This document shows positions 1-13,400 of a stretch of 57,075 nt of DNA, piece by piece. How positions within the stretch are numbered: the first letter of the stretch is position 1; every line of letters begins with the position of its first letter. This DNA is from Basidiobolus meristosporus CBS 931.73 (taxonomy: Eukaryota > Fungi > Basidiobolomycota): contig MCFE01000568.1 of assembly GCA_002104905.1 (NCBI GenBank), forward strand, positions 1 to 57,075. Direction: 5' to 3'. The position numbers and the translations under genes are program-made. Below the pieces are notes generated by a model. That model saw only the letters and a program-made list of their open reading frames with translations. It was not told where the DNA came from and did no database searches.

Positions 1-1016
1 GGTAGGTCACCAATGTACCTACCATTTCTACCCGCGGTAAGCTTCACGATGACCATGTAGCACATCTGTTGCACATCCAATATTCTATTTTCATCTGTTT
101 GTATGAGTGGGTTTGCGGCTGTTCTCATTCATGCTGACCCCACTTCCTATATTGTGATGAGATGTTAGATTGAAGCCAATATATGCGCCATGCTAAGCGT
201 ATTTCATTAGATCATCTGATAGTTATTGAGCCTTAAAAGGTCGAAGGTTACTCTCCAGGAATTACCACATAATCCTTGCCGGTATTTGTTCAGATGCACA
301 GTAACTTCACTGCATTAGGATAAATTTGTTTTTACAACCTTCAGTTATTAATACCTCTGGTTTACCCTCCAAATGTCCCATTTATTGGCCACCGATATGA
401 GGTGATCAGGAATATACTTGCACACCCTCTGAAGCCAGACCAGAAAGCTGATGCGATGCCTGAGTCGTATTGTGTATCAAATAGCCTTTGGTGATTGGCC
501 TGGACGATACGGCCTAGACGCTTCCATGGACGTCAACCCGACCGACTTAGCGGAAATAGTGAGAGGCCAAACCAAGAATCGAATTCGATTGAGGCTTTGT
601 CAGCGACTTGCAAAATACCTTCGGGTATTGCGTCTTGATCTAGCTCGTCATTCCCATGGAAAAGGCACGAGTTTCCCAGCCCGTACTCTGCTCTTGGTCT
701 ACAGTAGTGGCATAAACATTATCTAATGCGACCACACATTACCACATCCGATAATCTAGTTTAGGATAAGATATAATGTCATCAGTACAAGTTTTACTTC
801 GAAATATTTGACAAATTAATTTCTATAAGTTTCAATTGTCCATATAGTTTGTCCCGAAATACTAATATATTTTGAGAATTGATCTGCGAGCATGTCACCT
901 GAAGACCCTTTTATTGACTGGAAAATAATAGTGCAGAAACGGTAGGTAGGTGCGCAAGCGCAGGGGAAGAAGCGCAGATGTGAATGTGGGTGCGGGCGAA
1001 GGTATAGGCAAAAGTA

Positions 1017-1036
1017 TAGGTAGGTAGGTAGGTAGG
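1017..1036 (+). repeat. (TAGG)5 microsatellite
   Basis: taggtaggtaggtaggtagg read directly at 1017-1036. Confidence 0.85.
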
Positions 1037-1585
1037 TGTATGAGTTTAGACCATTGTTGTAGTGGGGGTAGGGGCATTGGCATAACCGTGCACTTAAGGT
1101 TCTCCATATACGTGGTAATAATACCCAGGATTGGTTTAGCATTGATCACGCCCATTCATGTCCGATTAATTCATTGTGCTGTTTCAAGTCCTCCGAAAAT
1201 CCCATTTACAGACGGTCTTTGGTGTGATGGCCAGGCTAATATTAATTGACCATGATAGTAGATACATGGAATTGCATGCGGTAAAAAATCCTTTCTCATG
1301 TGTATTCTGCACACACAGATCATACGGATAAATTGCGCTCGTGCTAGATACATGATTGTATTACCACAATAACAGAAAAAGTTTACTGAACGTAATCAGT
1401 TGTGGCTTAGAAATCCCATCAACATGCTGAGTAGAAAGAAAAATAGCTCATGTGGTGAAGAAAATAAATCACCTTTGTGACTGGCCATTTGAGGTGAAAA
1501 AAAAAAGTTACTCGATCACACTCATGTGGTTGTCATCTACACGATGAATATCACACAAATCGCCTTGTATATTCTTTAACTAGAT

Positions 1586-3106
1586 ATGAGCTACCAAAAT
1601 AATTCACTGCCACCACAATATTCCGCACCTCCTCCCCCTCCTCCCTACAACAGGAAACACTTGGAAATCCCAGCAACAAGCACCAGAGCTGGAATTCAAA
1701 TGCCCAGCTGTACTACTCTCACTGAATCCCCTTTGAATCATGCGCTACAGCCTTTACTAAATCAAACAAATTACTCGCACGCGGTTCAGCAAGCATACAC
1801 ACTCAATCGGCTCCGATGAGTGCTTATGAATGAGTACCCTGCAAATCAACAGTATTACTGGTCCGGTGGGTACGAGCAATACGAGCAAAGCAATGTAGCT
1901 CAAAATAACTGGGCACAACCACAGACCAGGTAAACTGTAGGCTTTAGCGCTGACCCAGCTCCCTCAAGTAAACAACCTGAAACTAATGCAAACTTTCAGC
2001 CAGCAGTTGTATTGCTGAGCCCTGCAATAAAAGTTTTCAGAAAGACTTTCAGTACCAGAAGCACGTAAAGACACATCAAACTTGTAAAGAGTGTGGATTT
2101 GCTGCCTGTAAGCCAGTTTTGCTGACTCACAAGGAGGTGGTACACGGTATCAAGAAGCCTAACAGTAAGGGAGAGTAAGTATCGATGCCTGCCGATAAAT
2201 TACGTATTATGCCAGTCCACTCATCGGTTTCTACTTCAGCCTGGGATATAAGCCACTTGCCATTTCGTTGGACACACCAGAGGAAATTGCTAAGTGGATT
2301 GAACAAAGAAAAAAGAGATATCCTACTGACGAAAACATTCGTCAAAAGGTATTTTCCTATCCAACTGTAGCGTATCACACTGGTAAGCTAATGATAATGA
2401 GCAGCAACTAGAAGAGCAAAACAAGCGCGAGCGCGGTGAGCCTGTGGCCACCAAGAACAAAAGACCTAATCAAGTAGACAAGCAGCCTAGAAAGAAAGCC
2501 AAGTCTGAGGTAATCTTAACGACCTCCTGCGTCGCAGCGTTGATTAGCTAATCTTTATGGATATTAGGATGCTGAGCAAACCAACGACCCTTTAAATTTG
2601 ATTGCAGACTATGGTAATTCTGACGAAGGAGAATCATCAAATGAAGATATGGACCCAGAGAAGGACGCCATTTCTTCCAAAACAAACCCAACCTCCACCA
2701 ATTCAAAGTCAACCAGGAAATGCAAATATTTCTTGCGCGGAAAGTGCCGACACGGCGACAAGTGCAAATTCCAGCACATCAAACCAGTATGTTTATCTAT
2801 GTTTTTACAAGATTGGATCAGGGCACTTTTTCATTCTATTTCGTAGGAACCCAAGAAACCTCAGGACAAACAAACCAACAGCTTTCGTAAACGCCCAGGA
2901 CTACTCAAGATGGTATGGTGTAAGCTATATGGACTAGAATGCGTTATTATGGAATTAACCCAGTTCACTCTTAGCTACTCAACTCGGAGATCGAGCGTGA
3001 GCAAAGCTATATTTTGCAAGCACTTCGCTTCATCGTTCAGCAGAACTTCTTCGTCTCAGAATCAGGTGAAGAGTCATACTCTGACACTGATTCATCAGAG
3101 GAATAG
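1586..3106 (+). CDS. NUFIP1: NUFIP1/Rsa1-like box C/D snoRNP assembly factor, multi-exon; 5' structure uncertain and apparently frameshifted
   Basis: Manual translation gives C2H2-type fingers (YC-EPCNKSFQKDFQYQKHVKTHQTCKECGFAACKPVLLTHKEVVHG), the NUFIP1 core motif SLDTPEEIAKWIEQRKKRYPT (~2250-2340), a CCCH finger CKYFLRGKCRHGDKCKFQH, and C-terminal LLNSEIEREQSYILQALRFIVQQNFF ending at TAG 3104-3106. Several GT..AG introns are present. One extra base at ~2016 breaks the frame. Confidence 0.75.
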
Positions 3107-3450
3107 CTTTCACTTTGTTACACAATACATAGATTAGGCTTCGAAACACCACGTTTGCAGATCATCTCGACACCATAGAATTAGATATTTAATTAAACTT
3201 CGGTGGTCTCTATGAATTGTGTAGATATCATACCTATACACTAACATCAGCATCATATGATGGAGTCAAATCATGCAACTATCTGTGTATTACTACACGT
3301 ATGAATGTCATAATGACATGAATCATGATTTGTAATCGTTTTATAGAGGAGAAATGTACATCAGAAGTGGGTCGAGTTGGTTAGACATATTTCAGAGAGA
3401 GAAAGGTAGGATGCTTCGTTTCGTTTTGATTACAAGGAGTAATTAATGTC

Positions 3451-5164
<1,714 letters not shown>

Positions 5165-6788
5165 TCATCTCTGTGCGGGAGCATTGCGATTATATACAGA
5201 TATGCTGACGAATCTGCCATCTACTCACGTCACGGAAATCATTGGAATAGGCGTGTTGATTTGAATATCACAGTAGCCAATGGTATGAGCAGCTTCAACG
5301 TGCTGATCATCCATGACTTGATATATATATTTCGTATTCTATCTTTTATAAATTGGATCATGAACACATCGATTCCAGAACAACGCATATCCGGGAAACT
5401 TGATCGATGACGTACCAGTCGATCAAAAGATAAATAATGAGCAGAAAACAGCCCTGGTGCTCGAAAAAGGTCCAAGTCTACCAAGTAAATGTCCAGATTC
5501 CAGGATGTTCTTAATTGAGATGGCTGAATTAGTGGTCTTCTGGGCAGGCCCACGCATAGAAAAGGGACTCCCATATCATCTATTTACCCTGTTGAGCTGT
5601 TCAAAGTGTTGACTTCATATTTGATTTACCGAAGTTGTCCACCATGAGTGTAGAAGCTCGATTCAACCAATAATTTCTGAGTCAACTTTCCCATTATACT
5701 GCGAGGTAAATTAGCGGGCCGAAAATGTGAATTCGATTACCAATTCAATCACGTAATGATGATATAAATATCGAGAAATGATCTTGCATTAGGTTTAGAA
5801 AACGTGCTATCAATCCACGGTTTTCGCGAGATTCGAGATTGCTCCCAAAATGGTTGCGTTTTTGACACGAAGCAACCGCTTTCTAGAATCCTGATTTTGG
5901 ATTTCCCCAAACTCCTCTAATGCTGAATACAGTTAGAATAATGTATTTGCTAAGATCAAGTGTTGGGCACTATACATTATAGATTACTCCGTTACATTTG
6001 GTGGCGACGGCAATGCCAATGCCATTCAAAGTATCAGAGAGCAAGTATCTTGTCCTCATCATTTGACATAATCTCCAGTTGTACAAGAGCGAATAGGCTG
6101 TTATATCACCATATCGTACATCGCTTTGAGTGAATCAAGTGTACAGTGAATGTTTTTCAGCATCCTAAAAAAGTCATTACCCAATTGAAGCGCCCTATCA
6201 TCACCTGATGATTAATTTAATCGCTCATTTCAGGAAGAATGTCAAGGAGGGGTAGTTCTGTACATGCAGCCTAGGATCTTGGTCCAAACGTGTATTTTAT
6301 ATGCCTCTCGTAATGATAGAACAGCATATTATTTGTGGTTTGCCAGTGAATATTGCTTTGATGTCCTAAGCACCACCTGACATAAGTCGGAATTTGTGAC
6401 TAGTAATCTTATCCATTCGACCATATTAAGAATTGCTGGGGTAGAGGCTGATTTGGTGGGCTTACTGTTCTGATTACAAACGGATGTCAATGCAATGTGG
6501 GAATACTTGCTAGGTGCTTAATAATGTATAAACGTTGTAAGGAGTAGGAGACCAGAGGTGGTTATCATTCAAAGTAATCCTTATCATCCACTATATCAAA
6601 TCTACTCCCTCCATGACCACAAGATACAATCTCATTAATATTGTTAATTCGAACAGGTAATGGCTGGATATATATATATGAGTATTTATCAATTAGTCAA
6701 GGTGTACATATTCTTAGAGGTGCTTGTACCAGAGCATAGACACTACGGACCGTGAATTGGTGGATGGTATGTGTTGGAACGTATCTGA

Positions 6789-8003
6789 TTACTCTTCTCG
6801 AGCTAAAACTTTACATCTTTCAACAATGTGATTGTAGGTTTTCTCAACGTCGATAAGGAAAAATTGGATTGCTTTCGGATTTCCCGAGGTCATACTATGA
6901 AAGCTACTGTTAGAGATATTATGATATTTGATCTATCATGTGCAGGATTTGTTTACCGATCAAAGAACAAGTTGATTCCGTCAGCTCCTAGCTTGGTGCA
7001 ATATTGCAGCACCAAAGACTGGTGTACAAATGAATGTGCCTCCTCGGAATATCCTGAAAGCTGATATTTGAAAGCCTCTGCCATAAGCTCATCTGCATGT
7101 GCTTCGCTAACTAGTGACGGGTCTGCTTGAACCAATTCATAACTCTTCTTGAAGTCATTTTGTAAACCAAACTCGACAAGGACGTCGGATGCCTCGATTT
7201 CTTCATATTCATCCTCGTCCTCATCTTCGGCCTCAACTTCAGCCTCATTTTCCGGATCCGTAGTTGATGACTAAGATGGCTATTAGGGTATATTAAAAAT
7301 GGGTGCAAAATCAAATCAAAGTACCTCCGGTCTTGATGACTTGGCCGTTTCAGGATTAAGTACTTCAATGGTTTTAACTCTGGTTTTTCCGGTTGACTCT
7401 ACTGGCTTGGGTTTGGAGATGACCTATGAAATAGATATGAGTAATAGCTCATCAAATCAACCAGATATCTCTTACAGTTTTGTCATAAGCAACGTGGCAC
7501 ACGCTCTCGGAAGTCAATTTTTTACTATCTTCTTGCTCGAGCTTTTTAAGTTCTATATTGGTGTTTTGGGAAACATCTGATAGTTTGTGCAGATGAAAAT
7601 TCACCTTCTCCTTGATGTGTGTCTCTTTCTCGGAATTACTATACTGTTTAACCTCCTCCATTATTTGGCCCAACAACACAAGTAGCATGTCGTCATAGGT
7701 GGGTGTCTCTTTTTTGGATTCAGCTCGTTTTTGTTCAAGTGTAATTAGAAGCCTAGCAAAATACGATAGCCCTTCGGAATCCAGTTTCTTGGACAGCTCT
7801 GAGAGTCGGGAAAGAAGCTCTTTATTCATGGTGGTTTCTGAGCGAAGTTGTGCTATTCTTTCTTGTCTCTCTTCACGTTGGCGATGGATCTCTGCTTGGC
7901 GCCAACGGATGAAGGAGGCCTTGTCGACATTGGGGTGGCATTCGAAATCCTCATCGTCAGAGATCTCTAGGTTATCCCACTTGGAATAGTTCAGTGCTGA
8001 CAT
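6789..8003 (-). CDS. CDC37: Hsp90 kinase co-chaperone Cdc37, four exons reconstructed
   Basis: N-terminus MSALNYSKWDNLEISDDEDFECHPNVDKASFIRWRQAEIH is the Cdc37 signature. The middle domain reads QSLVLQYCTKLGADGINLFFDR..DVEKTYNHIVERCKVL. Exons splice in frame by GT-AG. The end is set at TAA 6789-6791, but a further exon is not excluded. Confidence 0.9.
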
Positions 8004-8278
8004 GGTGCAATGATGGGCAATGAACAAGCGAAATAATCCACATGGAAATCAAGTCGTGTGCTGCATATTAACTTGTTCTAGATTACCGGAATTCAATATG
8101 ATCTAAGATTCGACTGGATCTTTGGTTTAAACATTGATTTAATGCTATGCCAAATTTATCTAGATCAATTCGAAATTTTTGGTTGCTGTGACCATGTCAG
8201 AATAAAAATTTGATACTTCTGGTGTCTATTCTATCAATATCTTCCTTCTTGTCATTTCACTAGACGCCACTTTGAACT
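8004..8278. promoter_or_regulatory. Putative bidirectional promoter between CDC37 and EF-Ts
   Basis: The two start codons face away from each other only 275 bp apart. This is positional inference; no motif was proven. Confidence 0.5.
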
Positions 8279-9445
8279 ATGAGCATGACTCGTCTGTTGA
8301 ACGGACTTAGTGTCCTCACGCCTCGTTTGGGTGTTTCATACGCATCACCCAACGTCGTGCTTCCAATGATGAAAAGTAGATTTTTTAGCCAAACGGTCTA
8401 CAATCTTGAAGCAGTAAAGCCAAACATAAAATTGCTGGCCAAGTTAAGACAGGAAACGCAAGTATCAATGACAAAGGCCAAAGAGGCCCTAGTTAAATGT
8501 GAGAATGATTATGAGAAGGCCTTGGAGTGGCTTCAGGAGGATGCCGTTGCTAGTGGAGCCAAGAAGGCCGAAAAGCTCGCCGGCAGAACCGCTAGCGAAG
8601 GTCTCGTTGCACTTGTTCTAAATAATAGCACCTCCGAGTTTGGCACTACTTCAACTGGCGCCCTCGTAGATGTAAGTTGAAACTCGACTATCTTACCACT
8701 GAATATCTCGGACTTACTTCTTGTCTAGTTGAGTTGTGAAACCGATTTTGTATCTCGTAACGAGCTCTTCCAGCAACTAGCTACTCGTATTTCAAGCACC
8801 GCCTTGTTTTTAGGACAAGGCGTTCCCAATAGCACCGGGGTATTCAAAGCAATCAACGAAGCCTCGTTAGAGAGTCTTCAGAATGCACCATTGATGCCTC
8901 ACCCTTCTAGTACCGAGGCTGATATTGATGGTACTGTACAAGAGGGAATTTCCGAAACCATCGGTAAACTTGGTGAAAATATCGTTCTCCGACGAGTTGC
9001 TGTGTCGGCTGAAGCTGCAAATGGCTCCGAGGAGAGTCTTATTACTTCGGGGTATCTTCACGGTGGTGATCAGAGTACCGGCAAAATCGGCGCTTTGGTT
9101 GTGTTGGGGGTAGCAGGGAAACCTGAGCAACCTGAAGAACTTCAGAAATTCGCACGTCAGTTGGCACGCCAGATTGTTGGTTTCAATCCTAAGTATCTCA
9201 GCGAGTCACAGGCCAGCATTCCTGAGGGTGTCTCGAAAACGGAATTTTTGGAACAAAACGTTCTCTTAAACCAGAGCTTCATGATGGGTGGTGGCTCAGT
9301 TCAAGAGGTAGTGGAGAGATACTCTGAGTCTATGAAAGCAAAGGTCCGCGTCTTGGACTTTGTAAGATATGAGGTCGGTGAAGGTATCGAAAAACCAGTT
9401 GCGGCAGACTTTAGAGAAGAAGTCATGAATCAATTGAAGAAATAG
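8279..9445 (+). CDS. TSFM: Mitochondrial translation elongation factor Ts, two exons (intron 8672-8728)
   Basis: Basic, Ser-rich presequence-like N-terminus, then KLRQETQVSMTKAKEALV..ALEWL, GRTASEGLV, D|LSCETDFVSRNELFQQLA, IGKLGENIVLRR and FVRYEVGEGIEK. The 57-nt gtaagt..tctag intron restores the frame. Confidence 0.93.
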
Positions 9446-10448
9446 GCAACCTCACTAGAATATCCTCATCATATTTCACTTCACTCATACTAGCATCCTA
9501 GCGAACAAGCCAACAATCATTGGTTTCAGATTAAAATCAATAAAATCATCCCACAAACAATTGTTTACCATTAGCCTATTGATTTTCAGATTGTCAATAG
9601 CCAACCTCGATCATGCCAATCATTCGCTTCGGTCTCAATACAATGATTAATGCAGCGGGTAGGATAGCCCATCAGAGAGGGTACGTTGTGGCCCAAATAT
9701 AGTTCACGTGGTGCGGCACGAGTTTCAACTACTTTGGCTTATGCTAGACTGAGACGGTGTCTTGAAGTACCATTTGCTACGCTTACTTGATAAGAGACAG
9801 CAAATCAACATTGCCATGAAGATTGGCCTTAAACCTAACCCTATAAAGAGGCTGGTGCTTTGATGGAATGGTTGGCCGAGTGTTCACAGAATCTTACTAG
9901 AATAGGAAAGGTGGGGATTTTGCCAAGTCACTAGAATGCGATGCATAGCAACTAATGATATAGCTTCTAAAATAGCGGTAATTGATTTCAATAGTCGAAT
10001 CATACACCTTGGTGTTCCGGACGGTCGCATTGCGTTACGCATCTAGCCCGACTTGGTGAATAGTACCTTGCAGAAGCGAACCTGTACCAAGTGAGTGCGA
10101 CATAATAGAGTGGTGTCCGTTTTAAACAGATCATATAATACCCGCAATTAGGGGTCATAGTACAGTCCAAAAGTCATATTCATAAGTAACCAATAGGAAT
10201 TATTTCACAATGTGTAGATCAAAGTCAGTAGAACTCAAAAAGGAAAAAAACCAACGAATCTTGGCGAGCAATCTACAGTTGGTAAACTTACATATATTCC
10301 AAGAACTCGCAGAGTGATTTCAACATTTCTCTATCGTGTGCACTGTTAGAGGCACTTTAGCACTGCAGTCACATATATATTTACCCCAGAACTTAAATTC
10401 TGTTAACCACTAAACCTCACATAGTTCCAATTCGGAACTTTTGTCACA

Positions 10449-13400
10449 ATGTTAAGTCTGGACACCATGACAATTGCAAAAACCCCACCACCTTGTACAG
10501 TTTCCTTAGAAGCCTATCTCAACTGTCTGAATAATCCAGCACTACTCATATCGCACCATCACTACACACTCGACACCTCCGAAATTCAATATACTCTACG
10601 CTAATAGCTATTTTCTCACACTATGCGGCTTGAGAAATGTTACCACCATTTCTAGCCAACTAAACGAACATATTGTCCCTGCAGACCAGGAAAAATTTCT
10701 CACCTGGCTTCAAAGAGTCAGCAAGAACGAAATATCTGATGAAGAAACCTGCACAATTCATATATATGGTGAGCACCCTGGACTCGAGATCTACCGCGCA
10801 AAAAGGAAGGCCAAAGTGTAGATTGTCAAGTGAAAAAGTGAAGCTTGAGTGGAGTGGAGTTAGTGTTAATAGCGAAGCAATAGTTCTGACAGGAGCAGTT
10901 ATCGTCGAAGCAAAAAGGGTAACGTGCAGATGCGGAGGACTGTTTGGTGGAAAATCAGTTCAAGCTGAACATACAGAAGTCATAGAGCGTAAAGATACGA
11001 ACTTGAAAGATGATTGGCAGAGCGTAGTAGAGGTAGGTTCAACGATATCGTAACCTGTAATAGGCAAGCAGGTAAACATTTAGTAAACAACATCTAACAT
11101 CAAATCCGTATTAAGCTAGAAATCTTTTCACTGGTGGCGGTGCTACGGGAGAGCTCTTTCGCTAATTATGATTGGAGCAATTCATTTCTAGGGCCAGTCA
11201 CCAAATGGCCTCAATCCCTACTCACAGCCGTGTCATTATGCATAGCATCTCCACTTCCCTATGGCAGTATGGTGGGGACCACAGTTGACGATAATCTAGT
11301 AAGTAGAAGATAGCTAATTATATTTTTGGTGTTTGTCCAACTATTGCCAGCACCATTGTCGAGGATGTATGGACTAATAAGGAGATCAATGTAGCAATGA
11401 CGGATATTGTGGTGTCGCAGGACAAAAGCATCCAGCCATGTTCGGGAAAGAAGGACCAGTACATTGGGAGGAACTTTGGGAGGGCATAAGGCCGTTTGCA
11501 GAGCAAGCAATGCAAGGAAAAAACTCATATGTTGAAGATGATTTGTTGCTCATGACTAGGAGAGGATATCTCGAGGAGACGTACATCACGGTAAGTGTGT
11601 ATGATGTGGTGAATCGAGGGGAGGAAGTGAGGGAAGAGTCGCTGATACTAACTAAATTGGTTTTAGTGGTCATTTATACCAATCAGACAAGGAGGATGGC
11701 ACAGTGGGTGGGCTGCTCAATCCGTATATTGAAGTGACAGAGAGAATACTTGCCGAGCGGAGGTTGAAAACGCTCAGAGATATTAACGCTGAAACTAACG
11801 TTGCCAAAGATGCCAGAGAAGTGATTGAGTCTATTGGAAAAGTGCTTTCAGAGAACCCGTACGACATACCCATTTGCAGCACTTTATACGCACATCCTCC
11901 TAGACGATGATGAGATGGAGGAATCGTATGACACCTGAAAGTAATACTACGGCAAAATCGGAGTCCTTGCATTTATCACAAACGGTTGGAATGCCAGAGG
12001 ATCATCCATCAATGTTCCCCGTGATTAGACTTGCGCCATCATTCCAAGCCAATATCCTCCAGGACGCAGTAAGACTTGCGTATGAAAGCAAACAAAGCGT
12101 GAAGGTCGAGCTGGGTGAATGGTTTGGAGAGGTGCCGATTCGTGGATGGGACACCGCAACGACACAAGCAATAGTTAGTCCAATCATGGGAAGCAATAAG
12201 GATGGAGTCCTAGGAGTGCTAGTAATGGGACTGAACCCTAGACGAGAGTATGATGAAAACTATGAGACGTTTGTTGAACTGGTTTGTCGACAAACAGGGT
12301 CAGCCATCATCAATATCAGCGCATATGAGGAAGAGGTTCGGAGATTCAATGAGTTGGCGGCAATTGACCGGGCCAAGACAGCATTCTTCAGTTCAGTTTC
12401 TCACGAGCTCCGCACACCACTAACCTTGATCTTGGGTCCAGTCAAAGATCTTTTGTTAGAAAAAGACCTAGCATCAGAAACGAAGTCGAAGATTACCTAT
12501 ATGCATCGCAATGCGGAGCGGTTGTTGCGACTAGTAAATCTACTATTGGACTTCAGCAAAATCGAAGCAGGAAAGATGCAGGTAAGTGGCAGTATTGGCC
12601 ATGATGTTGGAGTGGATTGAATAAGTGAGGAGTGATGAGTGAACTGTGCGAGCGAGTACTAACTTGGAAACATGATCATGTTATAGGCCACATTCCACGA
12701 AACGAATCTAGGCAAGTTCACAGCCGACCTAGCAAGCATGTTCCGATCCGCGATCGAGAAAGGCGGAGTCCAGTTCGAGGTGGACTGCGAGAGGATGGAA
12801 AGGAATGTATGGGTTGACCGGGACATGTGGGAGAAGATCGTGTTCAACCTGATCGGGAATGCATTCAAATTCACGATGAAAGGGTCGATCACAGTGAAGT
12901 TGGCGTCATCTGAGGATGACAGCCATGCGATACTCTCGGTGGCAGACACCGGAGACGGGATCCCGAGTCATGAGATCATGCGAGTGTTTGAGCGGTTCCA
13001 CCGAGTCGAGGGGCGAAGAGGACGCAGCCATGAAGGGACAGGAATTGGACTTGCGCTGACCCAGGAGCTTGCCAAGTTGCATGGTGGCACAGTTGGAGTG
13101 ACTAGTGAGTTTGGTAAAGGAAGCATATTTACTGTGCATATTCCACTCGGTTGTAGCCATCTACCCAGGGATCGACTAGTCGAGCCTTGCCCTACTGGAG
13201 AGGACGAGTCACAGATGGAACATCCTTGTACATATGGACGATCATTTGTTGAAGAAGCGCGGCACTGGCTTCCATCGTCAGAAGAAGAGACGACCGAATA
13301 TTACTCGAATACATCAAGTACCGATTCAAATGCTGGTGGCTCAGTCACTTTCCCAGTTGTCAGCCGTGGTTGCCGTGTTCTTCTCGTGGATGACAATGTG

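Noticed and set aside
1-1250. Short ORFs on both strands, including a minus-strand FLVWLQRV stretch (~430-460) resembling FLTWLQRV of the HK N-terminus
   Set aside because: No continuous frame or recognisable family was found, and the flanks do not align with the HK domain. A frameshifted gene could be hidden here, but I cannot support a call.
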